The notes under the pieces: model-generated | Seen by the model: only the letters and a program-made list of their open reading frames with translations | What the model was told of the DNA's origin: nothing | Databases searched by the model: none | Assembly: GCA_963514005.1 (NCBI GenBank) | Contig: OY740821.1 | Location: 13,454,001 to 13,518,000 of the forward strand | Source of the DNA: Raja brachyura | Lineage: Eukaryota | Reading direction: 5' to 3' | Length of the DNA: 64,000 nucleotides | Translations under genes and position numbers: made by a program | Shown here: positions 35,137-48,668 of the stretch, piece after piece | Numbering within the stretch: the stretch's first letter is position 1 | How the letters are laid out: each line of letters starts with the position of its first letter

Positions 35137-37909
35137 CTAGAATAATACATTTTAAAAAACTCTAGCAGGTAAAGTCCAAGCATATGGTAGCTTAGCTTTT
35201 TAAAAAATTATACAATCATGATTCTAATTTGTACAATTGCCAATTTGGATTAATAGAACGGCGTAAATTTCTTGTAAATGATTAAAACTGTGGCAATACT
35301 ATATCATGCATCTACCAATTCCATTTGCGAACATTAAGTAAACAGAAAACATAAATCAAGGAATAATTTACGGTGTGTAACTCCCAGTGACTGTTTCATC
35401 CAGCGCACACAATTATAACATGCAAAGCGCAAACACCTTTCTCATAACGTTCCTGAGATAATGTCTTGTTATAAAACAACGCTAGTTGTTGATGAATCCT
35501 ACATCTACAATTTTGCACCATTTTAGCAGAAGCATTAATCCCCTTTAAGAAAATGGGTCAAAATTTAATAACTCAAAGCATAATTTCAAGGCCAGTGTAT
35601 TGAAGGTAATTAAGTACTTAAATGACACAAATGTGGGATAAGAAATCTCACTTTTCTACAAACTCCGTAAAACTCCATTAATTGTGTTTAATTAAGCAAA
35701 CTACATGTATTCCAGCAGGTTTGCACCATAAGTTGCACATTACTTTCTTCCAAAAATGAAATACACTACTATGTCATTGAGCAGAATCTTACCTGTTCTG
35801 AATAATGAACACAAAACCTATACACAATATTTACTAGCACCTAGTCAGCCAAACATTGGGGAAGAGGAAAATACAATACACACACACACACATCCCCCAT
35901 CAGTCTGATTTTTCTTTTTATTAAAAATCCAGTTTGAACAACTTTTTTGCCATCTTGGCCCAGTTCCCAGTGGGCATCTTCTGGCAATGTAAAAACGGTG
36001 GCAGGAAATTGTCAGTCTCATTCATGGGCCATAAAAAATGGCTCACTTCAGCACCAGAAATGCCACATCACTGCAGAGGAAGCATTTGGACAGGAGTGAG
36101 ATAAAATGAGTATGTGGGTCTTTCTCATGGAGCTTTCTAACTGATCTAATTTGTATTAGACCAGAAATATGCGTGCGAGATGTAGAAGTGGAAAAGTAGT
36201 AGGAACCAAGAATACAAATAGAAAACAAAATGGAATGCCTTCAATTACCGACCTCATCAAATTTTATGAAGTAGCTGGGGGGGGGGGGGGGGGGGGGGGG
36301 GAGGAGGGAGAGTGGATAGAGACAGGCACTGCAATACATTTTTTTTTTAATGCACCTACATTTCTAAAATACCTTTGATAGACACAAGGAACTGGAGATG
36401 CTGGTTTACAAAAAAAGAGTTACTCCAGCACTGTGGATATTTGATATAGAGCCTAGTTTTGCAAAGAAAGTTTAATGGGACCCAGGTGTCAGGTTCATGA
36501 TTATCTGGGAGGCTTGAAGACAAAAACTGAAAAAAAAGGATATTTAGCACGGCAGAAAGGGAATTGCATAACGATCAGTTCCAGACTACTGTTGGTCACT
36601 ATAAATTTAGACTCCGGAATTTAAAAAAAAATTATAAATTTGTAGATATCACCAAATTGGGGAGATAGTCTACAATGAAATAATGACATTAATACCTTTG
36701 AAGATTGTGCAAATGTGTTATTCGGCACAGTTGAGTTGGGCATCAGATTTTGATGGGGGGGGGGGGGGGGGGGGGGAGACAAAAATTGTTAAATCTTTGG
36801 AAAAGACAAATCTAAGGATTGTGGATGACAAATAGACAAATCATTAGAAGTGGTAAGGTTGATAATGTCATTAAAAGAGTCAAATCGTGCACATTGTTTC
36901 CAGAAAGACTGGTATGAAATGTAGGGAAGTTATGCTCAAACATCGGGTGAATGACACTTGGTTTACGGTTTGAAATTCTGGTCAGAGGGTGCAATGGATT
37001 TTACAAAGATCACATCAAATAGGTATGATTACACCCATCACAAGAACAAATTAGGTTTCTGTTGAAAGAGAATACTGCGAGGTGATCCCATGGATTTTTT
37101 TTTTTTTTTAATTTTAAATTGGTCAATGTTTTGATGCCATCAATAAGAACAAAGCCAGAAACCATTAAAGCAAAACATTCCCCAAGAAATTAAACAGACA
37201 ATTCATCCAGAGACGAGAGAGAATGTGGCACGCCACTACAGGAAGCAGTGGAGGTATTAGTATAGATACGTTTCAGACAAGAGAAGCCTAGGATGGACAA
37301 GGCAAACAGAGGATTCTGCTGGGTACACAAAATTATAGAGAAACTCAGTGGGTGCAGAACAGAGGATTCTGCTGTTGACTTCGTAAAGTTGGGAGGAACA
37401 TGTGACCTGGTTGGGCCAAGTGGCTCGTGGACAACCTGTATCTCAATGAGCACCATTTATCAAAGTGAAAAATCGCAGTTTTAGTTTACAGCCTAGTGTC
37501 TTGACACAAAATTAATTTCAAGCATTTTTATTTACTTTTATCAAGTCATTCACACCATCCCAAAGCAGTCAACATACAATTTTGATGTGTAGAAGATTCT
37601 GATAAGGCAAATGCAGCAGCCATTTTGCGCATTGAAAATTCACCCCAAACAGCAAAATAACAATATGAATTGTCCTTGACAGTCGATTTTAGAAGACATT
37701 CAGGCCAGAATATTGGCTACTTTTCCAACAAGGTGCTATTTATCATTCACCTAACAGGCAGATGGGAACCATTAGAAGGATACTCAGCCAGCAAAGCATC
37801 CAATCCTTTGTTGAAATGCCCATCTAGAACAGATTAATGTTCAAGTCCTGGAAAGGGGCCAGAACCCTCAACATTCAGTTGAATGCAAAACTCCAAATAC
37901 TGAGACAAG

Positions 37910-38128
37910 TTAGACAATAAATGCTGGGCAAACTCAGTGGGTGAGGCAGCATCTACGGAGAGAAGGAATAGACGACATTTTGGGTCGAGACCCTTCTTCA
38001 GACTGCAGTCTGGACCCGAAACGTCGCCTATTCTTTCTCGCCATAGATGCTGCCTCACCCGCTGAGTTTCTCCAGCATTTTTTGTCTACTTCTGATTTTT
38101 TCAGCATCTGCAGTCTCTTCTTCATCTT
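37910..38128. repeat. Palindromic pair of Penelope-like terminal repeats
   Basis: Two inverted arms meet near 38005; near-identical flanks aaatactgagacaag / aaacactgagacgag. Confidence 0.75.
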
Positions 38129-38931
38129 AAACACTGAGACGAGGTGACAGTTGGAACACAGGGCAGATAATTAAATAGTTCACGTGGGAAGCTACCAGAG
38201 ATTAGTTTTGTATATATAAGAAATAAGTGGTCACATCATAGGGAACTCCTGTACCCACCCTACCACCCCAGTGGCTAGCAGTAAACAATATTTAGCTCGA
38301 TCCTTTATATTTAACTAAACAATGTTGTGCAATACGCAAGATTAGACGATGGAAGGACAAAATAGTCACAAAAAGGATGAGAGATCCAGTGAATAATTAG
38401 AAAATGGAATAACCCAATAGATCAGGTTTTTCCTCACTAAGGATGGAATTGGCAAAATGATATTATTTATGTGGAACTGATGAATATTAGTGTCAACAAT
38501 ATTTAAATTGGCCTGCAGCCCTCAACGAACACAACTACTGGACGGTAGACGTGGTTTGGTGGTCATTGAGAAAGAGTATGCGAAGCTCAGAATAGAATGC
38601 AAAGGAGTCTAAAACAGTTCGGCAAATTCGGCAAAACAGTTCTACATTCTTCAACAGGTTATTTATATACTGCAACTGATCAGAGCAAAACGTTCCTTCC
38701 TAGGTCTAAGCAGAACCTGCTTGACAGGTTAAATTCAAATGGCAAAGAGCAACAACTTGGCTAGTCCATACTCCGTATCCAAGAGAGGTTGACCATTTGG
38801 ATTTCAAAATGGACTGTAACTACTAAAAGGTGGGCTTGGCTCAAGGGTGATATATCACACAAAGCTTAACAAAGTGTTCCACCTTTGTGGTTTTTTAAAA
38901 AATAATGCTGAAGTAAACACAATAAATTTAC

Positions 38932-39041
38932 CTTAATATCAGCTCTAAGCTCCACTAGTTGCTCCTCTGACATACGGACGGCATTGTCTGTCATTCTCTT
39001 CAATGTTTCAGCTTTCTTCTGGCGGCTGTCCAGAATTTCAA
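38932..39041 (-). CDS. SPATS2: SPATS2 coding exon
   Basis: (L)EILDSRQKKAETLKRMTDNAVRMSEEQLVELRADIK; TAG acceptor, GTAAAT donor. Confidence 0.96.
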
Positions 39042-39171
39042 CTAATTGGAAGCAATAGCACATTTAGTGGAGGCTTGCACTAAAGAAAACTAATCCACAC
39101 ATGGTCAGAACCAAGCTAGAATTACAAAACACCAGATTTAAGCAAAACAAAACAGGTCAGATCTTAATAAA

Positions 39172-39972
39172 ACATAGATAGAAACATAGAAAATAGGTGC
39201 AGGAGGCCATTCCACCCTTTGAGCCAGCACCGCCATTCATTGTGATCATGGCTGATCGTCCACTATCAATAACCCATGTCTGCCTTCTCCCCATATCCCT
39301 TGACTCCACTAGCCCCCAGAGTCCTACCTAACCCCCTCTTAAATCCATCCAGTGATTTGGCCTCCATTGCCCTCTGTGGCAGGGAATTCCACAAATTCAC
39401 AACTCTCTGGGTGAAAATGTTTCTCACCTCAGTCTTAAATGGCCTCCCCTTTATTCTAAGACTGTGGCCCCTGGTTCTTAACCCACCCAACACTGTGAAC
39501 ATTTTTCATGCATCTAGCTTGTCCAGTCCTTTTACAATTTTATATGTTTCTATAAGATCCCCCTCATCCTTCTAAACTCCAGTGAATTTCAATCTTTCCT
39601 CATATGACAGTCCCGCCATCCCAGGGGTCAATCTCGTGAACCTACGCTGCACTGCCTCAATCACAAGGATGTCCTTCCTCAAATTAGGAGACCAAAACTG
39701 TACACAATACTCCAGATGTGGTCTTACCAGAGCCCTATACAATTGCAGAAGAACCTCTCTACTCCCATACTGAAATCCTCTTGTTATGAAGGCCAACATT
39801 CCATTAGCTTTCTTCACTACCTGCTGTACCTGCACCCCAACTTTCAGTGACCCAGGTCTCTCTGTACCTCCCCCTTACCTAACCCCATTGAGATCTGCCC
39901 CCTTGTTTTTGCCGCCAATGTGGAGGATAACCTCACATTTATCTATATTATACTGCATCTGCCACGCATCTG
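39172..39972 (-). mobile_element. CR1 LINE 3' fragment
   Basis: KKANGMLAFI...LYRALVRPHLEYCVQFWSP...RTRGHSLRIKG...RVVNLWNSLP; (TTCTATG)n-type tail. Confidence 0.9.
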
Positions 39973-40214
39973 CAGAACTATACACCTTTGAGCTTCTTTA
40001 CCTCAGACTATCTTTCAACCCACTGTTGAAAAGGTATTCAATTGCGATTGAACTTGTCAAACGGATTCCAACTTGGCCAGAAAGAAATCTGACTGGGGAC
40101 CAACGTCTTAGCAAGTGGGTGTAATAGCACAGAGATGCCAGAGGAGTGCTCATTCACTTACTTGGCCACTTGGCTCAAAGGGGAGCAATGACAACTTGGA
40201 CACTAGTTGCCCTT

Positions 40215-40538
40215 GTTTAGTTTATAGATACAGCGCAGAAACAGGCCCTTTGGTCCACCGAGTCTGCACCGACCAGTGATCCCATCACATTAGCACTATC
40301 CTACACACACGCACACACACACACTAGGGACATGTTTTACATTTATACCAAGCTAATTAACCTACAAACCTGTACGTCTTTGGAATGCGGGAGGAAACTG
40401 AAGATCTCGGGAAAAATCCACGCAGGTCATGGGGAGAACGTATAAACTCCATACAGACAAGCACCCATAGTCAGGTTCGAACCCGGGTCTCTGGCGCTGC
40501 GAGGCAGTAGCTCTACTGGTACCCCACCGTGCCACCCC
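40215..40538 (-). mobile_element. tRNA-derived V-SINE
   Basis: Reverse-complement copy with an expanded (CA)n. Confidence 0.8.
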
Positions 40539-41726
40539 GATGCAGCTGTGACAGGTGCTGCCAGAGTAATTGGGGCTAGTAACCGCAGTGCAGTTAGTTG
40601 ACAGTACGCACTGCAGATGGGATTACCAAATATTAAGATGAAAGTGAAAGCATTTTCTCCAGATATGGGAAGAAAAGCTTTATTCCTGCCGGTCCTCATT
40701 TCATCTACTTAAAGAGTTTATAATAATGAACAGCAACAAGTTCACATCAACAATGTTTTGCTACGTTTGAGGTAGCACTTATTAGCTTAAGATGTTAAAA
40801 ACCAAACACAGCAAAATTTCCATAATCCAGCACCCTCAGGACTATATCTGGACCCAATATCTAGATCTATTAATGCTAGACCCATTAATACTCCAACACA
40901 CTGAAGTTTAAAAAAAAACGTTATGATCAATTTTGCCTGTTGATGACTGCAATATTAATAAACAGGCTTTTGCATACCTCAATAGTCATTTGCTTTCACT
41001 CAAATTCATGAACATCAAACTTGAAATTCATCATGCCAGACTAATCAAAATAGTTATGCGGGGAACAGGTAACAACCACCAAGATCAAGAACAAACAAAC
41101 TTCAGGAAGGGAGCCAACCTCCGCCCCACGCTCACAAGGTGCTCAGTCTACACGGAACAAATGATGGAAAATATTTATTCACACATTTTCAAATGAGATT
41201 TAAATGCACAGCAACCCTCCTTTCACCCTCTATTATATGGGGAGAAAGCAGGAACAGGGTACTGATTGTGGATGATCAGCCATGATCACTTTGAATGGCG
41301 GTGCTGGCTCAAAGGGTCGAATGGCCTACTCCTGCACCTATTGTCCATGTTTCTACGAAACACTTAGTTTATAATCACAGAAGATCTGCATTTCTCCCAT
41401 CAGTGGGTTTCATGTTATCATCTGAAATTTGCACAGCAGTAAAATGCTACTAACAATCCTAGCTACTAATTTAAAACAATTAGAAGTCTTTATCTCTAAG
41501 CTAATTTAGTTTTCTCAAGATGCACAATGCTTTCCCTTGACCAAATTGCACCATCTGAAGAGTGTTAATAAATGACTTGGGAGAGGCTTTGGTATAGAGT
41601 TTATCCATCCTAGTTCGGTAACAAATGTGGATCTACTTTCTCAGCTCTAAATTAGTTAAGATCTGCAATTTATTGAAGATGTTCAATTATTAATAGGATA
41701 TTATAGACTGCAAAATAGTCACTCAC

Positions 41727-41785
41727 GTGCTGCTGCTTTGACTTTGTCCATTTCTCCCAAAAGCGCCACCTCCCTGTCCATAAAA
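41727..41785 (-). CDS. SPATS2: SPATS2 coding exon
   Basis: (C)FMDREVALLGEMDKVKAAA; ccttgtag acceptor, GTGAGT donor. Confidence 0.95.
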
Positions 41786-44700
41786 CTACAAGGAAAGGAA
41801 AGAAGATTTATCAACTTCTGTAATTATAAAAGTGAGACTTCACTGGGATGCAGCTCAGTTTAGTTTATTGTCACGTGTACCAAGGTACAGCAAAAAGCTT
41901 TTGTTGCGGGCTAACCAGTCGGCGGAAAGACAATACACGATTCCGTATTCAATATTTTCTGGTGCCGATAGTCCTCTCAAGCAGCTATCAAAACTGCAGT
42001 ATCATAAGCATCTTCAAGACCTTCTGTGAAAACTTGATAGTCCAATGGTGTGAAAGATCAAAATCTGGGGGTGATGATGAAACAACCACCAACAATTTCA
42101 GTCGCAAATGCAATCACAGTATTGTTTGATATACTACAAAACACTTATCAGGGAGATTTCAAGGCTTAAAATGAAATTCCGTATTCAGACATTAACCGAA
42201 TACAATTCCAGTAATCACAATCTTGTTGATTAATGTATACTAATTGCCTAGGGCTCATAACATGAAAAAGTTTTTGTTACATGATATTTGCTTGGATCAC
42301 AGCAGATCAACCAGGATAACAATAAGCAGAAAACACCATCTCGGATTTACAATTTTCATGAATCAACACCAATAAATCCACACAAGAGGTTTTGAAAGAC
42401 ATATTTGAATAATTCCTTTGAACACAGATAAAAACAGTTTCGCACCAATGAGATATGAACCAGAGCATCATAAACACAGCTGCAGAAGTCACTTTGTTTA
42501 TTTCGTGTGCATCAAGATGAGGTATTTTATTGTTGGGAAATACAACACTGCTCCCCATTTTAAGCACCCAATATCAGCATCAAGCATTTCCAGGTTAGCC
42601 ATATCACGGTGGGACGAAGAGCAAAGATCCCTCATCTCTGCACCAACAATCTGGAGAAATCATCCCACTGCACTACAACATTGCTCCACCTCCCATACCA
42701 ATCTGCCTTATCCGAATGAGAATGTTGCCAGTGTCAAATTAAAGACAGTTTGCCCCTCTCGACCTATGCCTGCAGGGAACAGATTCAAATTAATGAAGGA
42801 GCTAGGAAGACTTTCATGCCCTTCAAACACAACACCTGTGGCAGCTCCTAATGGAGAGGTATGACAACATTAAAAGCCCTGGGGTCAGTCAACACAGCTT
42901 TGCGGTGCCACTATTTGCCTTTTCATTCGTTGAAGGGTGGGGGTTGATGGTGCTGAGCAGGAACTGAAAACAAACTGACATGCCAATGTTTGACTTTATC
43001 TCAGGGCATGGGCATCACTGACTTGCAGCTTCATCTGCAAACGTCGCCTATGCACACGTGGGCTAGGATTGTATCGGTGTGCGAGCGGTTCCTTTTCTGG
43101 AAGCAGCTCAGCTTTTAACAGGTTCAATTTCACTCCACGTTGCTAGCCCAGTAACTTAAACTCTGAGCTACAATCCCATCAATCATGCACACAAATGATG
43201 CTCGCCCACTTGCTGTAGCAAGAGGGGTGGACATTTCAGATCAGACTTACCATGATACTTGCAGAGGGTAGGGTCCCTATAGAATAAATAAAGGGCTTGT
43301 ATTTGTAGCTCATTTCATGGATATAAGGTGCAATATAATCATTGCTGAAGACTGGCCACATTTTCATTCTGGAACAAGCCTTCACTTGACCAGAGTCAGC
43401 ATTTGACAGATTTGTCTTAATCTGCTTCACGTCAGTGACAATATCTGCCAAAAGGTGGTGAGAAACACATTGCTGGTAGCAAATGTAAAACCAACAATTG
43501 TGATAAATGTTAAGGAAGGGACAGAAGTTGTTTTTTTGTTTGAGTAGAACAGACACTTGCACAATGCTCCATTCACCCTTTGGTGCTGTTGGTCTTTATT
43601 ACTTGCAAGATAAATAGTTGTAATCTCATCCACATGGGAAACTAAAATCTGGCAAAGGGTAAATACCGCCACAGAAATTCTGGGATTCTCAAATGAGATA
43701 ATAAAATCCGTGACTGGGCAAAAATGGCACACATGCTAGAATTTTAAAATGGCACTCGGGAACAGCAATTTATGCAGTTTGTGCTTTTGTGAGATTCTTA
43801 CATTTTCTGAATTTAAAGGATTAAAAAAAAAAAATATTCCTGGCATGTGAAAAAACACTTTCAACATGAAGGCAAGTAGCAGGAAACAAAAAGATGCTAC
43901 AGTAAGAGAATGATGCTTGGTTAATAGGAGTCTTTTGATCTTATTGGTCCTCACCCCCAGTGGGATTCATGAAACGTAGACTCAAACAGACGAACAAGAG
44001 TTAAAAATGACAGCGACAGGCTGACGTGCACTTTATGTAGCACTTTCACTGCAAGATCTGTCATTCTGCTAGTTTGATTGAGAGGAAATTGTTGGTTAGG
44101 ATACCAATGAGGACTCCCTTGTGCTTCTTTGTATATTAAAGGACTTTAATCCATCCAACATAATAATACCTTGCCTAAAGGATACCACCTGACAGAACAG
44201 CACTGTTATTGTGCCAAGCTAGATTTGTGGTGAAAAACACATAACCTAGCAGTCCAGATATACAAACCCTTGAATATACACCACTGACGACATTAATTCA
44301 TGTTCCTGTATTTGGTTCGAACATTATCTACTCCATCTGATTTTCCCCACCTCCCCCACTTTTATTCACCCCTCTCATCACCACCCGACTATATTGCCCT
44401 ACATTTATCTGGTGATTCTGAGCTAAAAGCAGCATGGGCCAGAGGATGGAAATTATAAATGCCATGCAGTAGACCCGGTAGTGTGATAATTGTTTCCTGT
44501 GCTCCTGTGACGATTGATCAGACTGGCTCATTAATGGAACCCAAAGGACCAGACACTACTAGCGGCATCTTATTCAACTCCGAAAAGTACCGCTGGCTAA
44601 TGCCCCGAATGATTAGATGGCCTGGCTGGACGATTAGCAGATAGGTTCTCTCCACACAGTCCTCGAGACTTCTTAAACCAGCCATTTCAACAAGTTCCCA

Positions 44701-46754
44701 GTTCTTGCCCGAGATTTTTTTTTGAAACACCAGCAATCAATTTATTTTATACAACAAATATTATAGTTCTTCTGTTAGATTGATAAAATGGCTTTTAACA
44801 GTCCACTCAATGTCCGTTTTGTTAGTGTTCTAGATTTTGATGTACGATCTCATTTACATTTCCTTCAATTGATAGCTAAAGATACTACCGTAAAGTGGAT
44901 CAGAGGGGGAATGTAAAGCCTCTAATCTCAGAAGGCAATCGAGCATTGTTATGTTATTGATTGAGCTGACAGATCATATGGAGATGGTTACAGGAAAAAT
45001 GCATATTCATCCTGGATGAATGTTTGGTTAATGGAGTTAAAACATCATATTATTTTTTCAAGGAATAAGCAACCAGGGAATAACACCCCAAATGTACATT
45101 GTAAATGGGAAATTGAAACCAACAAACTGAACTGTCAACCTATTTGAATTTGCACCAACATCAACAACTATTTGAGCAGACAACAGATTGTTTTGGTAAC
45201 ATGTCAGAGTAAAAAAAAATTAAAAAATCATGAATAAAAACACACATCTAATTAAATATAGCAAAATGCTGGAGCAACTCAGTGGGTCAGGCAGCATCTG
45301 TGGAGAAAATGGATAGGTGATGTTTTGGGTTGGGACCCTTCTTAGGTCTGACCTGACCCAAAACGTCACCTATCCAAGTTCTCCAGAGCAATGCCTGATC
45401 CGTTGAGTTACTCCAGTATTGTGCGTCTACCTTTGGTATAAATCAGCATTGTTATTACCCGATACCATCTCAAGTTTGGTTTTCATAATCGTATACTGTA
45501 TCACTACTAAGACTAGTATATAACTCCAACTGCTCTTATTGAAGTGTAAAATAGTGCATTATATAGTCATTCGCCGATTAGATAAACAGCTTATCTAACA
45601 GCATTTTCCCTATACGTCAGCAAAGAGTCTTGGTTTCTATTCACAAGTCATTTCCCTGCTCTCAGGGCTCTTCCACTTCCCACAAAGAACAAAGATCTGT
45701 TCTGAGGGATTGTATGAAAGGAAAGCATTCTGTGCAGCAGAAACAAAAACAATCTTCGAAACTAAGAGGACATTTTTGTAGGATACACCTTTTATTCTTA
45801 TTGTTGCCCATTCCTCAGATTTGGCACCTCTTGAAACAAGGCAGCCGATTAGCTTGCAGACATCTGTTAACATCGTTTCTCCAGTCGCTGCCAAATGGGA
45901 CTGGAGCAAAGGTTATAAAATGATTCTCCCCTTCCCCGAGGAAACCAAATCAGAATGAATGCTCAAGCTCTGAAAAACTGCATGAAGCTGAAGTGTTAAA
46001 GTTCACAAAAGCAATTTAAAGTTTGGAAATGGCCACGCCCTTCCACTTAATTTTGAGTTTCGTTTCGAAGTAAATCACATGACATTTGTTTGAACCAAGT
46101 TGTTACTTGGCAGGTATGCTCAAATTACAGGTATCTAGAAGGCTAATACAACAAAGCATCTAACCCCAAATGGAAGGAGGAGCTAGAGTCGCCATTAAGT
46201 TTGGAAAATGCTCCAAACCTGACATATGCAATCTGTCTCAGCCACTTTTATATGCAATTAAAATAAAACAAGCGCTTCAATCTGTGTGTGAGATCTAATG
46301 GCTGAAGGTTAGCTCTTGATTTTACTCATTACAACATTGTGGATTATTACCACTTTTGTGCTGGAAATACAAGACATTACAGAATCTAACTTCACAGTTC
46401 TCATATTTTTTTCCACACATGACATAGGAGGCGGCCATTTGCCCCATCAAATCTCTGCTGGCTCTCAAGAGTAAGCCCATCATTCTCATATTTATTCCCT
46501 GTAACCTAATCTATCTCGCACTCTACTCCCCGCCCAATTTTGCTTTGGGGGTAGTTTCCAATCAACCAGCTGTCTTTGGGGTGCGGCACAAACACCGTCG
46601 CAGGAAGAACGTGCAAACTTCACGCATGCAGCACCCAAGTGACTGGAGCAGTGAGGCAGCAACTACTTGTCGCACCACTGCGCCTCCAAATATTGAATAT
46701 TGAAGGGTGTCTCACGACCTGACACAACAAACCAAAGGAAAGTTAAAGGGGTAA

Positions 46755-47062
46755 AGGGCTGTCCCACTGTACGAGCTAATTCAAGAGTTCTCCCGCGTTT
46801 CCCCCGATTTGACCTCGGAGATTTACGGTCATAGCCGCTCGTAGGTACTCGGGGCTCTTGTGGACATTTTTCAACATGTTGAAAAATCTTCACAAGCTTA
46901 CTGCGTTTCCCCGAGTACCTGCCGTTAGGGTTACGAGCCGCTAAGAGATGTCCCGAGCTCAGACATACCCGCTACGTACATTTTACATGCTTGCCACGAG
47001 TTAGATTTTTTTTTTAAACTGGGGAGAGCTCTTGAATTACCTCGTACAGTGGGACAGCCCCT
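46755..47062. mobile_element. MITE, PIF/Harbinger-like
   Basis: About 40-bp TIRs agggctgtcccactgtacgagctaattcaagagttctccc / gggagagctcttgaattacctcgtacagtgggacagcccct; TAA/TTA flanks. Confidence 0.8.
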
Positions 47063-47737
47063 TTATTCTTCCTGTTCAGTGATTTTTGCAAAAGGAGAGA
47101 ATGAAAGTGGCAACAAATGGCCCAAAGGCAGTCACATATGTTGGGCAAAATGTAGAGCAAGACAATCATAAAATCATCTAATCCTTTCCAGTTATCACCA
47201 TGTAGACTTCAAATTGAGTCCACAACAAAACATGACAAATACAATAGATTTTTCACAAAGTTGCTAACTATTGAAATACCAAGAATTTGTTCAAAGTTAC
47301 GTAAAAGGGATACATTAAAAGGCAAGATGCCTTCTGGGACACACGGGTTTTTTTTCCCTATACGATTCACTCAGGTTATCAGACTACAGCTTACAATCTT
47401 GGTGCACCCTGAATGACCATAAAAACGACAGTAATTTGTTAAATTGCCAAGTTAATCAGTTCATTTTTAACTTTTTATTTCAAAACAAAGTATTGAGGTC
47501 CAACCTACGACAACGTTAGGTGAAAAGGCAAGAAAATGATCAGTTGCAGCCATACCCCATGTATATAGGCTAGGGAACTATATTTTCCCTCATGGCACTT
47601 AGTATATTTTATACTTTGTTGTCCAGACAGTTTCCCTTATTTCTGCAAGGCTTTAAAACCCACACTCTCAGAGGGCTCTCAAATGAACTGGAAGCTCCAA
47701 GATGTACAAGGCAAAACCTCATGCAAGATCTGGCAGG

Positions 47738-47964
47738 CAGGCGACACAGCGGTAGAGTTGCTGCCTCACAGCGCCAGAGACCCGGGTTCGATCCCCCCAC
47801 CCCCACCCCAAGATCTTCGGATTCCACCCACACTCCAAAGGCGTACAGATTTGTCTTGGTATAAATATAAATTGTCCTTGGTGTGTGTAGGATAGTGTTG
47901 ATGTGCAGGGGTCGCTGGGCCGTGAGCCGAAGAGCGCGTTTCAACGCTGCATCTCTAAACTAAA
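47738..47964 (+). mobile_element. tRNA-derived V-SINE, internally deleted
   Basis: B box GGTTCGATCC and 3' tail retained; V-domain partly replaced by C-runs. Confidence 0.75.
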
Positions 47965-48500
47965 AAGATCCAAGACTGCCGTCAGATTCAGTGACTCCCC
48001 AGTCTAAACTATCACTTAAAAAAAAATGAGGCAGTGTCATTCAACCTAATTGAAGACTTCACGTGGGGGTTGGAGATGTAGCTTGAGAGCATGCCTCTAA
48101 AGTATCCGTGTACTCAGCATTTGATGATGCCTGTCTGGCAGATTCACCTGGGGGATCCACTGATCTCGCATCACGATTTTGAATAATATGCTGGTCAGTG
48201 TCATACAGCAAGTACACACCAAGTGTAGTCTTATGGTCTTGAATGTCTCAAGCAATATCGATTGGAAAACACAGGAGACATGGTTTGTATAAATATTGGA
48301 ACGGCTCCTCTTGATAAGCTTCTATCATTCCTAAACTGAAGATTAAATTAGCATTGGCAGGGCAAAACATCGATGCAATTCCACAGAAAATGGGAATGCA
48401 GGCAAATCTCCATTTGACATCCCAAATTGCAGCAGAGATGCCGAGCTCGAGGGAAACCTAATTTGAAGCTAATTCACAAACTGGACAGCTAGATACAAGC

Positions 48501-48668
48501 TTGACAAGAAATGCTGGTGAAACTCAGCGGGTGAGGCAGCATCTATGGAGAGAAGGAATTGGCGACAGTTCGGGTCGCGACCCGCTGAGTTTCACCAGCA
48601 TTTCTTGTCTACCTTCGATTTTTCCAGCGTCTGCAGTTAGATACAGGTAGTCTGCAGTCTTAAACAGG
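48501..48668. repeat. Palindromic Penelope-like mini-element with TSD
   Basis: tagatacaagc at 48490-48500 and 48669-48679; arms gacaagaaatgctggtgaaactcagcgggt / acccgctgagtttcaccagcatttcttgtc are perfect complements. Confidence 0.75.

Noticed and set aside
42418-42864. 148-aa ORF on +
   Set aside because: Non-ATG start, antisense within a SPATS2 intron, and no recognisable family.
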